Source of the DNA: Bdellovibrionales bacterium
GTDB taxonomy: Bacteria > Bdellovibrionota > Bdellovibrionia > Bdellovibrionales > UBA1609
NCBI GenBank assembly: GCA_965261545.1
Contig: CBDHDF010000002.1
Location: 480,001 to 544,000 of the forward strand
Reading direction: 5' to 3'
Length of the DNA: 64,000 nucleotides
Position numbers and translations under genes: made by a program. The stretch's first letter is position 1; every line of letters starts with the position of its first letter. Positions 42,283 through 52,229 of the stretch are shown one piece after another. The notes under the pieces are model-generated. The model was not told the origin of the DNA. It saw only the letters and a program-made list of their open reading frames with translations, and did no database searches.

Positions 42283-43748
42283 TAAGAACCTCCTATGTTT
42301 GGAACAAGACTGTCATATTGAGACAATCTAGGTTGAAGTGGTTTTTGTTGGTCATTCAAATTAATTTTGGTGGGATTGCCTAAGAGCAAATCTTTTATGG
42401 ATTTAAAGTCGAAAATCTCACGACTTTCTAATTGAAGCTCCATGGCTGTAGATAAGTCCTGCCAACTCACATGCTGAATCAAGTTGATAACTCTTAAATA
42501 TTCATGCTCGGCACGGCTTGAATCTTGTTGCTTGAGGTATTGATAAAAATTTTCAAACACATTTGTTGGAAAAAGAATGGATCGGTGAGCCCATCTTACC
42601 ATGGCTTGCGGCTTACGAACTAAAGAGGGAAGGATATGTTCAAGAAGAAGACTATGCTCCCCATCAGGTTTTCTTTGATGGCGAGCGACAATTTCTTGCT
42701 TCCCTCCTGCACGATAGATCGTGACATGATAGGGACCCTGTACGGTTTTACAGGGAGCTTGGATCACCTCATCAGGTATGGAATATGTGGTTTTACCTAT
42801 TCTCAAAGTCCCATAACCATTACTTTGACAAATATTCACCTTACAGAGAATATCTTCATCTCGTGGAGGCAAAGGCTTAAGAACTTTGGCCTCCTCCTCA
42901 AAGCGAGATTTGGTGGAGTCACTCTGATGCTGATCCATATAAGACTCTAAAAACTGATTCAAATGATCCCAGTCTTTAAAAACAATTCCTTTGTTTCTAA
43001 CAATATTTTTTATCCGAGAACTGAAGGTTCGAATATCACGCTCCACATCTCCCTTGTCAGAGCCCTTCCCTGCGCGGCAGGGAAGAACCTTAAATCCATA
43101 GTATTGGATGGCTCGATCAAAAGATTGGGTGTAAATTCGCTGATTTCCTTTAAGAACTTTCTTCACACAGGGAGATAAATTATCAATACGGATGTTCGCA
43201 CTCATCCCACCTATCTTTTCAAAAAAAGCATGCACCCCATCGATGAAACACTCATAGACAAGAAAGGGGTAGGCACGAACCCAACAGGTGCCACTACAAG
43301 GCAATGTTCCAAAATGGAGATGAACGATCTGAACACCATCGGCAAATGGTAAAGCAACCTTCTCCTTAAAATCAAACTGAGCCTGTTCTCCAGGATCATA
43401 TCTTTGGCTGAAAAAACGCTCCTTGGGGCGAGAACCAAGAATCTCACAAACTCTTCTCTGAACCGTTCTCTCACTCCCACGATAACCCTCCTCAACTAAT
43501 AGCTCATATATTTCACGGGCGGTGTTACTTGGGTTCAACTTCAAAAAGTACTTCACCCGATCCATATATCCATTAAGGGGATCTGGGCGAGTTCTTTTGG
43601 ACCTCGCCTTGTACTTCGGTGGGGTGTTGGACTCACAGTACTTGCGCACCGTCTTACGATTGATCCCTAATTCACGAGATATTTCTGTCTTATTTTTACC
43701 ACTGTGACTCAGGTCACGAATGCGGCCGAAAGTGTATTGACTAATCAT
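42282..43748 (-). CDS. istA: IstA transposase
   Basis: Start MISQY after GAGGAGG; HTH; PGEQAQFDF, RIDNL, DKGDVE. Confidence 0.9.
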   Translation of the reverse strand: MISQYTFGRIRDLSHSGKNKTEISRELGINRKTVRKYCESNTPPKYKARSKRTRPDPLNGYMDRVKYFLKLNPSNTAREIYELLVEEGYRGSERTVQRRVCEILGSRPKERFFSQRYDPGEQAQFDFKEKVALPFADGVQIVHLHFGTLPCSGTCWVRAYPFLVYECFIDGVHAFFEKIGGMSANIRIDNLSPCVKKVLKGNQRIYTQSFDRAIQYYGFKVLPCRAGKGSDKGDVERDIRTFSSRIKNIVRNKGIVFKDWDHLNQFLESYMDQHQSDSTKSRFEEEAKVLKPLPPRDEDILCKVNICQSNGYGTLRIGKTTYSIPDEVIQAPCKTVQGPYHVTIYRAGGKQEIVARHQRKPDGEHSLLLEHILPSLVRKPQAMVRWAHRSILFPTNVFENFYQYLKQQDSSRAEHEYLRVINLIQHVSWQDLSTAMELQLESREIFDFKSIKDLLLGNPTKINLNDQQKPLQPRLSQYDSLVPNIGGS

Positions 43749-44446
43749 AAGATCCTCCTCATTGCTAACCTTTTGAGTTGCAAGAGGGAGGCACTCTGTG
43801 AGCTTAGTATCTATATCAGAAGAAGAGACTTCATTGTCTAGTATTTGAACACTCCCTGAAGATTGGTCACTTTTCATTGGCGACAACCTCCATATTGAAA
43901 GTGGGACATTTTAATTGGCGACGGCTTTAAGGGAAGCCTGTCTTTAGAAAGAAATTCCATGAAAATTGAGGCAAATGTTGGAATCTTGTGGAATTTAAAT
44001 ACTTTAGAAAATGGGCACAGCCTAAACAGGCTTTTCTTGACTATATATTTAACCTCATTGAAATCCAGAAACAGTCTACAAATGACAAATATGGAACCTG
44101 AATAGGCTGTCATGGAAGGACTCTCCAACACGGAGCCCCTTTCCAGGTCGACAAGAACCCAAAAGGAGTTCTTATCAGCTCGGAGCCTTTTTATGAGTAA
44201 TATCAATTGATTATATGCGTCTCGGTTGACAATGCCAAAAATCACCATAGGTCCTCCTCTGAAAAGTGGCCACTTTTCATTGGCGACGGTGGGGCATTTT
44301 AATTGTCAGCTAACAAGAGTAACTAAAAGAGGCCAATTATATAGACCAGCGAAGCTGTCCACCGAGTTGCTTCGTGCAAAGAAGTGGGGGCCTAGATAAG
44401 ATTCATGGGCGTGGGTGGGGAAGCAAGGCGCCCCCATGAATGTTAC

Positions 44447-44828
44447 AATAAATGAAGAATAAAATATCAAAAATCATTTCTCTGAAAAAACCCGTCAAGT
44501 ATTTTTTTAAATTAACACGCAATGCAATGTTGCTTTCCTGAAGGAGGTTGGAAATCAGCACCGGTGGAATAGGGTTGACTCAACTCTTCCATGCTCACAT
44601 CAAGCAACGAGCATTCGATGGCTATGTGGAATAGTCACTGAATGAAGGGGAGGGACTGTGAAGGGTTCGTAACGGGGGGGAGATGTTCACTTATTTTATT
44701 TTTCCGTTTTATGTAAGTGGTTGATTTTACATGGATTATGTTTGAGAGCCTCCATTTTAAAGCATAAAATCTAAAGGGAAGGCGTGTAAATACTTAAAAC
44801 TACTTAACTTTCTTCCCTGGACAGGAAC
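44447..44828 (-). mobile_element. Diverged left-end fragment of the IS5-like element
   Basis: Reverse-complement similarity to ~28910-29280; ends GGACAGGAAC followed by TAGATA. Confidence 0.85.
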
Positions 44829-44834
44829 TAGATA

Positions 44835-45465
44835 GCAAGAAAGAAGGGCCGTAAGCCGCAAGGTTGAAGTGATTGAGCCTCGAAAGCCATTCCATGTGTG
44901 GTGGTCGACACTGTGAGTAAGGTGGAAGACAATCACCCTTTGTAACTGAGGAGAACAAGGGTGGCGCCGCGGGGTCTGAGAGCATGGCACTTCTTGAAGG
45001 TGTATTTGTGAACGTGAGACCCTCATGTTCCCCTAGGATGGGGTATTGCCAAACAAGCCTAAACAGCGAGAATGGTGAAATGAACGAACATGAGGGAGTC
45101 AGCGAGTCCATGTACCGATGAAGCGAGTAACGACCGTGGAGGGAAGGGGCTTAGGTAACTCTAACCTTTGAAGAGAAACGTAAATGGGATTAACAAAGTC
45201 CAATAACATTACGGAAACGAAACTGAAGAGGGTAGTTCATCTATCTGGTGAGGATCCCAAGATGGTTTTTTCATGGGGTTAATGCCCCATGTGAACAGGG
45301 AGTCACTCGCTGGGTATTTCCATGAGTTGGATGGGATGAAGACTGTGGGAATAGATCGATATTGATATAGTTGAGTGAGTGGAGTTATCGTCCGCCTATT
45401 GCCTTAATTGGGCACGATGCGGTGGGAACGGGGGTTGGGCCGGGTAACCGGCCCTTCTACCCAAT
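44835..45465 (+). ncRNA. Group II intron remnant with the RT ORF almost entirely deleted
   Basis: Domain III-like GTACCGATGAAGCGAGTAACGACCGTGGAGGGAAGGG; decayed IEP start ETKLKRVVHLSGEDPKMVF/LMPHVNRESLAGYFHELDGMKTVGID; domain V-like CCGCC..GGGCACGATGCGGTGG; domain VI end GGGCCGGGTAACCGGCCCTTCTACCCAAT. Confidence 0.78.
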
Positions 45466-45582
45466 ATTGCCTACTGTTTAAGAAATAGGAAACCTAGAAT
45501 CCAAGCTAGTGAGCATGAGGAAGCCTTCTAAAGGCTTTCTAAAAAAAACAAAACTGGGTTTAAGCTATCATCGGAAAATACT

Positions 45583-47637
45583 TTAACCACCATCATCGAG
45601 TCCATCGTCACTAATACTCCAACTACGATCTATGAGGGCGCTCCGTGCATCAATAGCACTATTATTGTATTTTGAATTTCCACCATGGAATGAGATATTA
45701 TTCTGTTGTGAGGTGGTGTGGATTTGGTTGAGCAGGCTGCTGTATATTCCCGTGGGAAGGGTGAGTCCTTCAAGCATGCTACTCATGTCTGTGACACTAA
45801 GGAAATTCCATTGAGTCATATCGGGTTGAGCCATTGGGGCTTGCCTAAACATAGAACTCATGTTTGTGACATTGGAGACATCCCAACCGCTGACGTCGGG
45901 ATTGGCAACATCTGCCCCATCAAACATATAACTCATGTTTGTGACATTGGAGACATCCCAACCGCTGACGTCGGGATTGACAACATCTGCCTCATCAAAC
46001 ATATGACCCATGTTTGTGACATTGGAGACATCCCAATCGCTGACATCGGGATTGGCAACATCTGCCAAATAAAACATATAACTCATATTTGTGACCTTGG
46101 ATGTATCCCAGCGACTCACATCGAGATCGGCCATATTTGCATCGGAAAACATAAAGTTCATATTTGTGACCTTGGATGTATCCCAGCGACTCACATCGAG
46201 ATCGGCCATATTTGCATCGTAAAACATATAACTCATATTTGTGACCTTGGATGTATCCCAACCGCTGACGTCGGGACTAGCAACATCTGCCCCACCAAAC
46301 ATATAACTCATATTTGTGACCTTGGATGTATCCCAACCGCTGACGTCGGGATTGGCAACATCTGCCTCATAAAACATATAACTCATATTTGTGACCTTGG
46401 ATGTATCCCAACCGCTTACGTCGGGATTGGCAACAGATGCCTCAGAAAACATAGAGTTCATGTTTGTGACCTTGGAGACATCCCAATCGCTGACATCGGG
46501 ATTGGCAGCTTCTGCATCATAAAACATGCTACTCATATCTGTAACCCCAGAAACATTTCCTCCACTTAGATACTCAAGGGCTTCGCATTGCCTAAAGGCT
46601 CCTTTTAAACTCCGCCACCCCACATCACCAAGATCTTTCACAAAGATGAGTTTTAACCTATGTGCTGTAGCCTCGCTATCGAAATTCCAAGCCTCAAGGG
46701 TCCCCGAAATGGTGACAGTGTAATCTCCAGCTTCGGCGTAAATATGAGTGATATCGCTGTCATCATGGGACGTGATCTCACTGGAGGAATCATCCCCCCA
46801 ATCCACAGTAAAATTATACTTGTATCCTGAGGGCAAGGGGAGAGCGATGGCTTCACTTGTTTGAGAAGTTCTCCAAACAGAGACAAAGAAAGAGAACCCT
46901 CCATCACTGATACTCCACCCTCGTTCTTTTAAGAGTTGTCGGATATTTTCGGAACGGCTGTCGTACTTAGAGCTCCCCATATCCAATGTGAAATTTTCCT
47001 GGCTGGAGGTTTCATAAAGTCGCTGAAGGAGTGTGTTATAGACCCCTGTGGGAAGGGTGACTTCACTGAAAGTCTCATCCATCTTTGCCAAAAGAGCAAA
47101 ATTCCATCCACTGAAGTCTATTTTCTTTATAGAAGTCACTCCTTTAAACATGCGATCCATGTTTGTGACATTGGAGATGTCTCCTCCTCCTACTTGGCGA
47201 AGGTTGCTGCAACCCTCAAAGGCTCCCTCTAAGTTGATCCACCCCATATTCCCTAAGTCGGTCACAGAAATGAGTTTGTCTTTGCTCCCACTGTTGTTGA
47301 AATACCAAGCCTCAAGCTCCCCCGAAATAGTGACGGTGTAGTCTCCAGACTCGGCATAGGTATGAGTGATATCGCTGTCATCATGGGATGTGATTTCACT
47401 AGAGGCACCATCACCCCAGTCCACAGTGAAATTATAATTATACCCTGATCGCAACGGAAGAGTGATGGACTCATTTTCACTGGACAAACGCCACACAGAG
47501 ATAAAGGAAGAAGCTGTCACAGAAGGAGCTTGCTTTGTATCACCACAGCCTAAAAGACTCGCCATGGTCAGGCCAACAGAGAGACCCATGGTGAGTAAAG
47601 GTAGGGTGCATCTTGTAAAAGTTTGTAATGGAGTCAA
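45583..47637 (-). CDS. DUF285/BspA-like LRR surface lipoprotein, paralog 3 (10 repeats)
   Basis: Same caps, lipobox SLLGC, TTG start and ~175-bp upstream region as paralog 1. Confidence 0.92.
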   Translation of the reverse strand: MTPLQTFTRCTLPLLTMGLSVGLTMASLLGCGDTKQAPSVTASSFISVWRLSSENESITLPLRSGYNYNFTVDWGDGASSEITSHDDSDITHTYAESGDYTVTISGELEAWYFNNSGSKDKLISVTDLGNMGWINLEGAFEGCSNLRQVGGGDISNVTNMDRMFKGVTSIKKIDFSGWNFALLAKMDETFSEVTLPTGVYNTLLQRLYETSSQENFTLDMGSSKYDSRSENIRQLLKERGWSISDGGFSFFVSVWRTSQTSEAIALPLPSGYKYNFTVDWGDDSSSEITSHDDSDITHIYAEAGDYTVTISGTLEAWNFDSEATAHRLKLIFVKDLGDVGWRSLKGAFRQCEALEYLSGGNVSGVTDMSSMFYDAEAANPDVSDWDVSKVTNMNSMFSEASVANPDVSGWDTSKVTNMSYMFYEADVANPDVSGWDTSKVTNMSYMFGGADVASPDVSGWDTSKVTNMSYMFYDANMADLDVSRWDTSKVTNMNFMFSDANMADLDVSRWDTSKVTNMSYMFYLADVANPDVSDWDVSNVTNMGHMFDEADVVNPDVSGWDVSNVTNMSYMFDGADVANPDVSGWDVSNVTNMSSMFRQAPMAQPDMTQWNFLSVTDMSSMLEGLTLPTGIYSSLLNQIHTTSQQNNISFHGGNSKYNNSAIDARSALIDRSWSISDDGLDDGG

Positions 47638-47954
47638 AGCTTACCTCCTTCGCTCATATTTTCTTCTTTTCACCTTTTTTCTTCTCAACTTGATATAAAA
47701 AGATGTAATATATATTATATGTGCACTCTGGTTAAGGTGAAAACGCTGACTTGGATTTATGGACTTTATAAATAAGAAGATCGAAGGAAATCCTGCTCAA
47801 GGTCGTGGCCTCTAACCCACATTTCTCACAAAGATATACTGGAATTCTGACTGGATATACCCATAAAATTTACTGGAAATATAGTGGACCCCAAAAACAG
47901 ACTGGTTGCTAAGTTACACCGCAGCGGGTAAAAAGCCCCTCATAGGAGGGGATA

Positions 47955-48245
47955 ATGAGAAAGAAACACAGCGCACAATTTAAGGCCAGAGTCGCACTTG
48001 ACGCCATTCGTGAGACTGACACAATGGCAGAGTTGGCCTCCAAGCATGGAGTTCACCGCATCCAAATCCAAGATTGGAAGAAGCAAGCTATTGAAGCCAT
48101 TCCTAAGGCCTTAGCGAGCAAAAAAAAGGACAACAACGAGGTAGAAGAACAAAGAAAAACCATTGATGAATTGTATCGGCAAATAGGGCAGTTAAAGGTT
48201 GAAAATGATTGGTTAAAAAAAAAATCTGAGAGCTTCAATGCCTGA
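47955..48245 (+). CDS. IS3 OrfA
   Basis: [36 protein letters not shown]10 tract. Confidence 0.92.
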   Translation: MRKKHSAQFKARVALDAIRETDTMAELASKHGVHRIQIQDWKKQAIEAIPKALASKKKDNNEVEEQRKTIDELYRQIGQLKVENDWLKKKSESFNA

Positions 48246-49086
48246 GAAAAAAGCCGCTATCAATTGGAAACATCCAAATATTTGTGTCACTCGCCAATGT
48301 GAGTTGCTAGGACTCTCTAAGGGAGCCTTGTACTACAAGCCCATACCTGAGAGTGCCTACAACTTAAAACTGATGAGTTTAATTGACAAACAGTACTTGG
48401 AGACCCCTTTTTATGGGAGCCGTAAAATGGCAGCTCACTTAAGACTTAATGGCCATGGGGTCAACCGCAAGAGGATTCAGCGGCTCATGGAAAAGATGTG
48501 TCTTTTCGCTATCTTCCCAGGTCCAAACACCAGTCAGCGAAACCATCAGCATAAGGTTTATCCCTACCTACTTAAGGGGCTTAATATCTGCTCCCCCAAC
48601 CAAGTGTGGGCTACTGATATTACTTTTATAAGGTTGTCTGGTGGCTTTGCTTACTTGGTAGCTGTGATAGATTGGTTTAGCCGATTTGTTCTGTCTTGGA
48701 GACTTTCTAATAGCCTTGAGACAACTTTTTGTTTAGAAGTCTTTGAGGAAGCCATAGAAACATTTGGTTGCCCTGATATCGTCAATACTGATCAAGGGTG
48801 CCAATTCACTTCTGAGGTTTTCACAAAATTATTGAAAAATCATGGAATCTCGATCAGTATGGACGGCAAAGGCAGGTGTTTAGACAACATTATGATCGAG
48901 CGGCTTTGGCGGTCTGTTAAGTACGAAGAGGTTTACTTGAAAGGCTATCAAGACAAATCAATGGTTCAAGCCAACAAAGGTTTTAAAACGTATTTTAATT
49001 TTTATAATAATAAAAGGCCACACCAGTCTCTTCAGGATTGCACCCCTTATCAGGTGCATATGGGAGAGGTGGATTTAACACATTAA
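48238..49086 (+). CDS. IS3 OrfB (rve integrase core)
   Basis: [29 protein letters not shown]. Confidence 0.93.
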   Translation: MPEKKAAINWKHPNICVTRQCELLGLSKGALYYKPIPESAYNLKLMSLIDKQYLETPFYGSRKMAAHLRLNGHGVNRKRIQRLMEKMCLFAIFPGPNTSQRNHQHKVYPYLLKGLNICSPNQVWATDITFIRLSGGFAYLVAVIDWFSRFVLSWRLSNSLETTFCLEVFEEAIETFGCPDIVNTDQGCQFTSEVFTKLLKNHGISISMDGKGRCLDNIMIERLWRSVKYEEVYLKGYQDKSMVQANKGFKTYFNFYNNKRPHQSLQDCTPYQVHMGEVDLTH

Positions 49087-49359
49087 CACGGGGCTTCTTT
49101 GTGCGCTGTGGTGTAGCTTAAAAATCAAGTTTTTCAGTCTGACATTGGGGTCCACCTCAAAAGGCACTAGGGATGTAATATGATTGATTCCGATTGTATA
49201 ATCGTAAATTCAGAAAAAGAGATAATCGATTTTGGGGTGGATAATACTCTCATCTTGATAGATCCAGTAATAATTTCCGTCACTTTCTTATTCTGAATAG
49301 CATCAATTAAAGAGACCACTATGCTATTTTATGATAAAAGAAAGAATGAAGCCCCTTAC

Positions 49360-49743
49360 TTATTTCTTATATGTTGTAGATCTTTTTTTGATAAGCCCCC
49401 AGCGAACTCTCAGAAACTTCGCTAAACGCACAAATTCAACTCTTTCTTGTGATGTAATCTTCTGACCAAACTTAATCCATTCAAGCTCAGAGCCACCTAC
49501 CTTGGGGGTTTCTAAATAAGGAAGGTTTGAAAGAAGGTTTGGATTGACTCCACGTGCTATAAGAAGGCGAACCAAAGTGTCGGCATTAACGGACTTTCTT
49601 CCAGACATGGTGCGTAGTGTTTCCGGACTCAGGCCAGCCTTTTTGGCAACCTCAGACCTTTCTTTAGGTTCCATGCCCTTTGGAACAACAAACTCCATAA
49701 GGCTTTCAGTAATAGATTTAACTTGCTTGTCCAAGATGGCCAT
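49360..49743 (-). CDS. Putative Xre/Cro-like HTH regulator, copy 1
   Basis: RSEVAKKAGLSPETLRTM..RKSVNADTLVRLL; near-identical paralog at 51568. Confidence 0.65.
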   Translation of the reverse strand: MAILDKQVKSITESLMEFVVPKGMEPKERSEVAKKAGLSPETLRTMSGRKSVNADTLVRLLIARGVNPNLLSNLPYLETPKVGGSELEWIKFGQKITSQERVEFVRLAKFLRVRWGLIKKRSTTYKK

Positions 49744-49933
49744 AGAACTCCCCCTTCCAATAGATTATCTCTCCAAGGGTTATTCTTTGTTATAAAATAA
49801 TTGTTACAAAAATATTGATTTAGATATGATATTTGGTAATGTGACTCTGTAGCTTTTTTCCTCTGAGTGACTCCAAGTCACATGAAAATTCCTAAAGAGG
49901 AATAAAGAGGACAACTTTACAAAGGACAGTAGT

Positions 49934-50302
49934 GTGGCTGAAGTAAGCAAGTACAGGATTCAAGATATATTTGACTCATACGAAGACTATATATTGTATC
50001 TCAAAAAGACATATTCTCTTTTTCAAGATTTAAAGCAAAGTAAAGACCCATCATTCTCAAAGATTGTTCCAGAGTACCTCGAAATTGAGTTCATCCAAAC
50101 TCTTAAGGCTCCAAGACTCTATTATCCGAGAAATAAGGGGGTCATCATTGTACAATTACCTTTGGGAAAAAGTGCAGGATTAAAACAGAAGGAAGCTCTA
50201 CGCTCCAAGGCTCTCATTACTTTTTCGGCTATTGTAAAAATAAACGAAAAAGCCATGGCTGAAGAATTTGCCATGAGCCTCAAGTTGTTTGAATCAGAAT
50301 AG
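49934..50302 (+). pseudogene. Internally deleted or diverged paralog of 50540-51367
   Basis: First ~49 aa homologous; short later patches (IEFI, LKAP) echo the long paralog. Confidence 0.6.
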
Positions 50303-50539
50303 CCATTTGAGGGCCTGCGAAGGATGAAATGAATATTTATCAGAAAGTCTTAGGGCTTATAAAAAATAAATTGAACTAAAATTGTACTGTTTTACTTTAA
50401 GATCTAATTGAATAAGCTCAATTTATTTTTTTACAAGCTCTTAGTTCATTGGTAATGGACCAAAAAAATGATACTTGATCTACTCAATTTAATGGCACTA
50501 CCTCTTTAAATCAATTATAATTGTCAGCTAACAGCAGGG

Positions 50540-51367
50540 CTAGGAACTTAACCAATTGTGAGTAGGAAAGTAAACTTGGACTTGATTCCCATGGTTTTTC
50601 AGGCTTCTTGCAATCACTCTTCCTCCATGCAACTCAATAAAACATCTTGCGAAATAAAGACCTAGACCACTTCTTTTCTCCAAACTCTGGCACTTTGAAG
50701 ATTTACGAAATTCTTTAAAGGCTCTATTGCATTCTTCGAGACCTATATGAGTTCCTTTTTTAATGAACTCAATCCTAACTTCACCTTGTATTCTTTGCGT
50801 TTTAATCAATATGTACCCACCCATCGGTGAAGACTTTATGGCACTTAGGATAACCTCGGCCATAGCTTCATAGAAGAGGACTCCATCTACCCCTATCATA
50901 GATATGGGATCAAGCTGTCTTTGAATAGTGATTTTTTTCTTTTGTGCACAGAAGCTGGAATCTTGGATGATATTTTCGATAATTTCACTTATATCTATGG
51001 AAATCTTAAGAGATTTGATATATTTGAGTTTAATTGTTTTCAACATGCGATCTATATTTTGATTGATCTCACAGGCTTCGTAGTGTAGGCATCTGGCTTT
51101 AGCTGTAGACTTGGGAGGTAAGTCTCCAGAAGATGAACGAGCACAAATGGACTGAATTTCAAGCATAGGTGCTTTTAAGTCTTGGGCCATAAAACTTAAA
51201 TCGTCTTCTAACTCCTTTTTTAGATACTCTGAAATAATTCCTGGAAATGATGGACCTTGACTCTGCTTTAAATCTTGAAAAAGAGAATATGTTTTTTTGA
51301 AATACGATATATAGTCTTCGTATAAATCAAAGATGTCTTGATCCCTATATTTGCTTATCTCAACCAC
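50540..51367 (-). CDS. Histidine-kinase-like protein with degenerate catalytic boxes
   Basis: H-box-like LSFMAQDLKAPM; G2 SGLGLYFA..IELHGG intact; N and G1 boxes altered. Confidence 0.78.
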   Translation of the reverse strand: MVEISKYRDQDIFDLYEDYISYFKKTYSLFQDLKQSQGPSFPGIISEYLKKELEDDLSFMAQDLKAPMLEIQSICARSSSGDLPPKSTAKARCLHYEACEINQNIDRMLKTIKLKYIKSLKISIDISEIIENIIQDSSFCAQKKKITIQRQLDPISMIGVDGVLFYEAMAEVILSAIKSSPMGGYILIKTQRIQGEVRIEFIKKGTHIGLEECNRAFKEFRKSSKCQSLEKRSGLGLYFARCFIELHGGRVIARSLKNHGNQVQVYFPTHNWLSS

Positions 51368-51567
51368 ACGACCCTTCCTTTGTAAAAGTTGCTCTCCTTC
51401 TTTCCTCTTTGAAGTTTTCCATGTGGTTTGGAGTCACCCAAAAGGAAAAAACGAAAGGCTATAGGGGCACAATACCAAATATCATATCTAAATCAATATT
51501 TTTGTAACAATAATTGTATAGCAAGGCATAAACCTTGGGGAGATAATCTACTAGACGGAGGGGTTCT

Positions 51568-51951
51568 ATGGTCATCTTGGACAAGCAAGTTAAATTCATT
51601 ATTGAAAGCCTTATGGAGTTTGCTGTTCCAAAGGGCATGGAACCTAAAGAAAGAGCTGGAGTTGCCAAAAAGGCTGGCCTGAGCCCTGAAACACTACGCA
51701 CCATGTCTGGAAGAAAATCTGTCAATGCTGATACTTTGGTGCGCCTTCTTATAGCCCGTGGAGTCAATCCAAAACTTCTTTTAAATCTTCCTTATTTAGA
51801 AACCCCCCAGGTAGATGGTTCTGAGCTTGAGTGGATCAAGTTTGGTCAGAAGATGAAATCACAAGAAAAGGTTGAGTTTGTGCGTTTAGCGAAGTTTCTG
51901 AGAGTTCGCTGGGGGCTTATCAAAAAAAAATCTATAGCATATAAGAAATAA
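51568..51951 (+). CDS. Putative Xre/Cro-like HTH regulator, copy 2
   Basis: Paralog of 49360-49743; RBS GGAGG. Confidence 0.65.
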   Translation: MVILDKQVKFIIESLMEFAVPKGMEPKERAGVAKKAGLSPETLRTMSGRKSVNADTLVRLLIARGVNPKLLLNLPYLETPQVDGSELEWIKFGQKMKSQEKVEFVRLAKFLRVRWGLIKKKSIAYKK

Positions 51952-52229
51952 ATAGGGGGACTTTAATTGGCTCCCGATGGAATGCCAAAGCTAGAAAAGA
52001 AGCGACTTCGAGAGTCTGCTTCTTGGGAATATCAGCCACAACGCATGGCGGCGTTAGGGATTCACTGTCGACACTGATGCTTGGCATGAGATGGCCCAAA
52101 GGTATTGTGAATTTACCAATAACCAAGCCTTCAAGTGAACCTCATAACTATAAACACCATAATGGTTATTGAAGGAGCCTTTATGCACCCTGTAAACCAC
52201 GAAGATGCGCCTCCAGTGTTTCTCAGTGC

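Larger units (their letters stand above)
41070..44315 (-). mobile_element. IS21-family element type 2, copy A (3246 bp)
   Basis: TGTTAG...CTAACA ends with repeated CGCCAAT(T/G)AAAA sites; flanks lack a TSD. Confidence 0.93.
47880..49159 (+). mobile_element. IS3-family element, intact copy (1280 bp)
   Basis: IRs TATAGTGGACCCCAAAAACAGACTG / (revcomp) TGAGGTGGACCCCAATGTCAGACTG; AAA on both flanks. Confidence 0.93.

Noticed and set aside
14623..45465. Complete DGR or retron
   Set aside because: No intact reverse transcriptase, template repeat or accessory gene in the window; only intron relics
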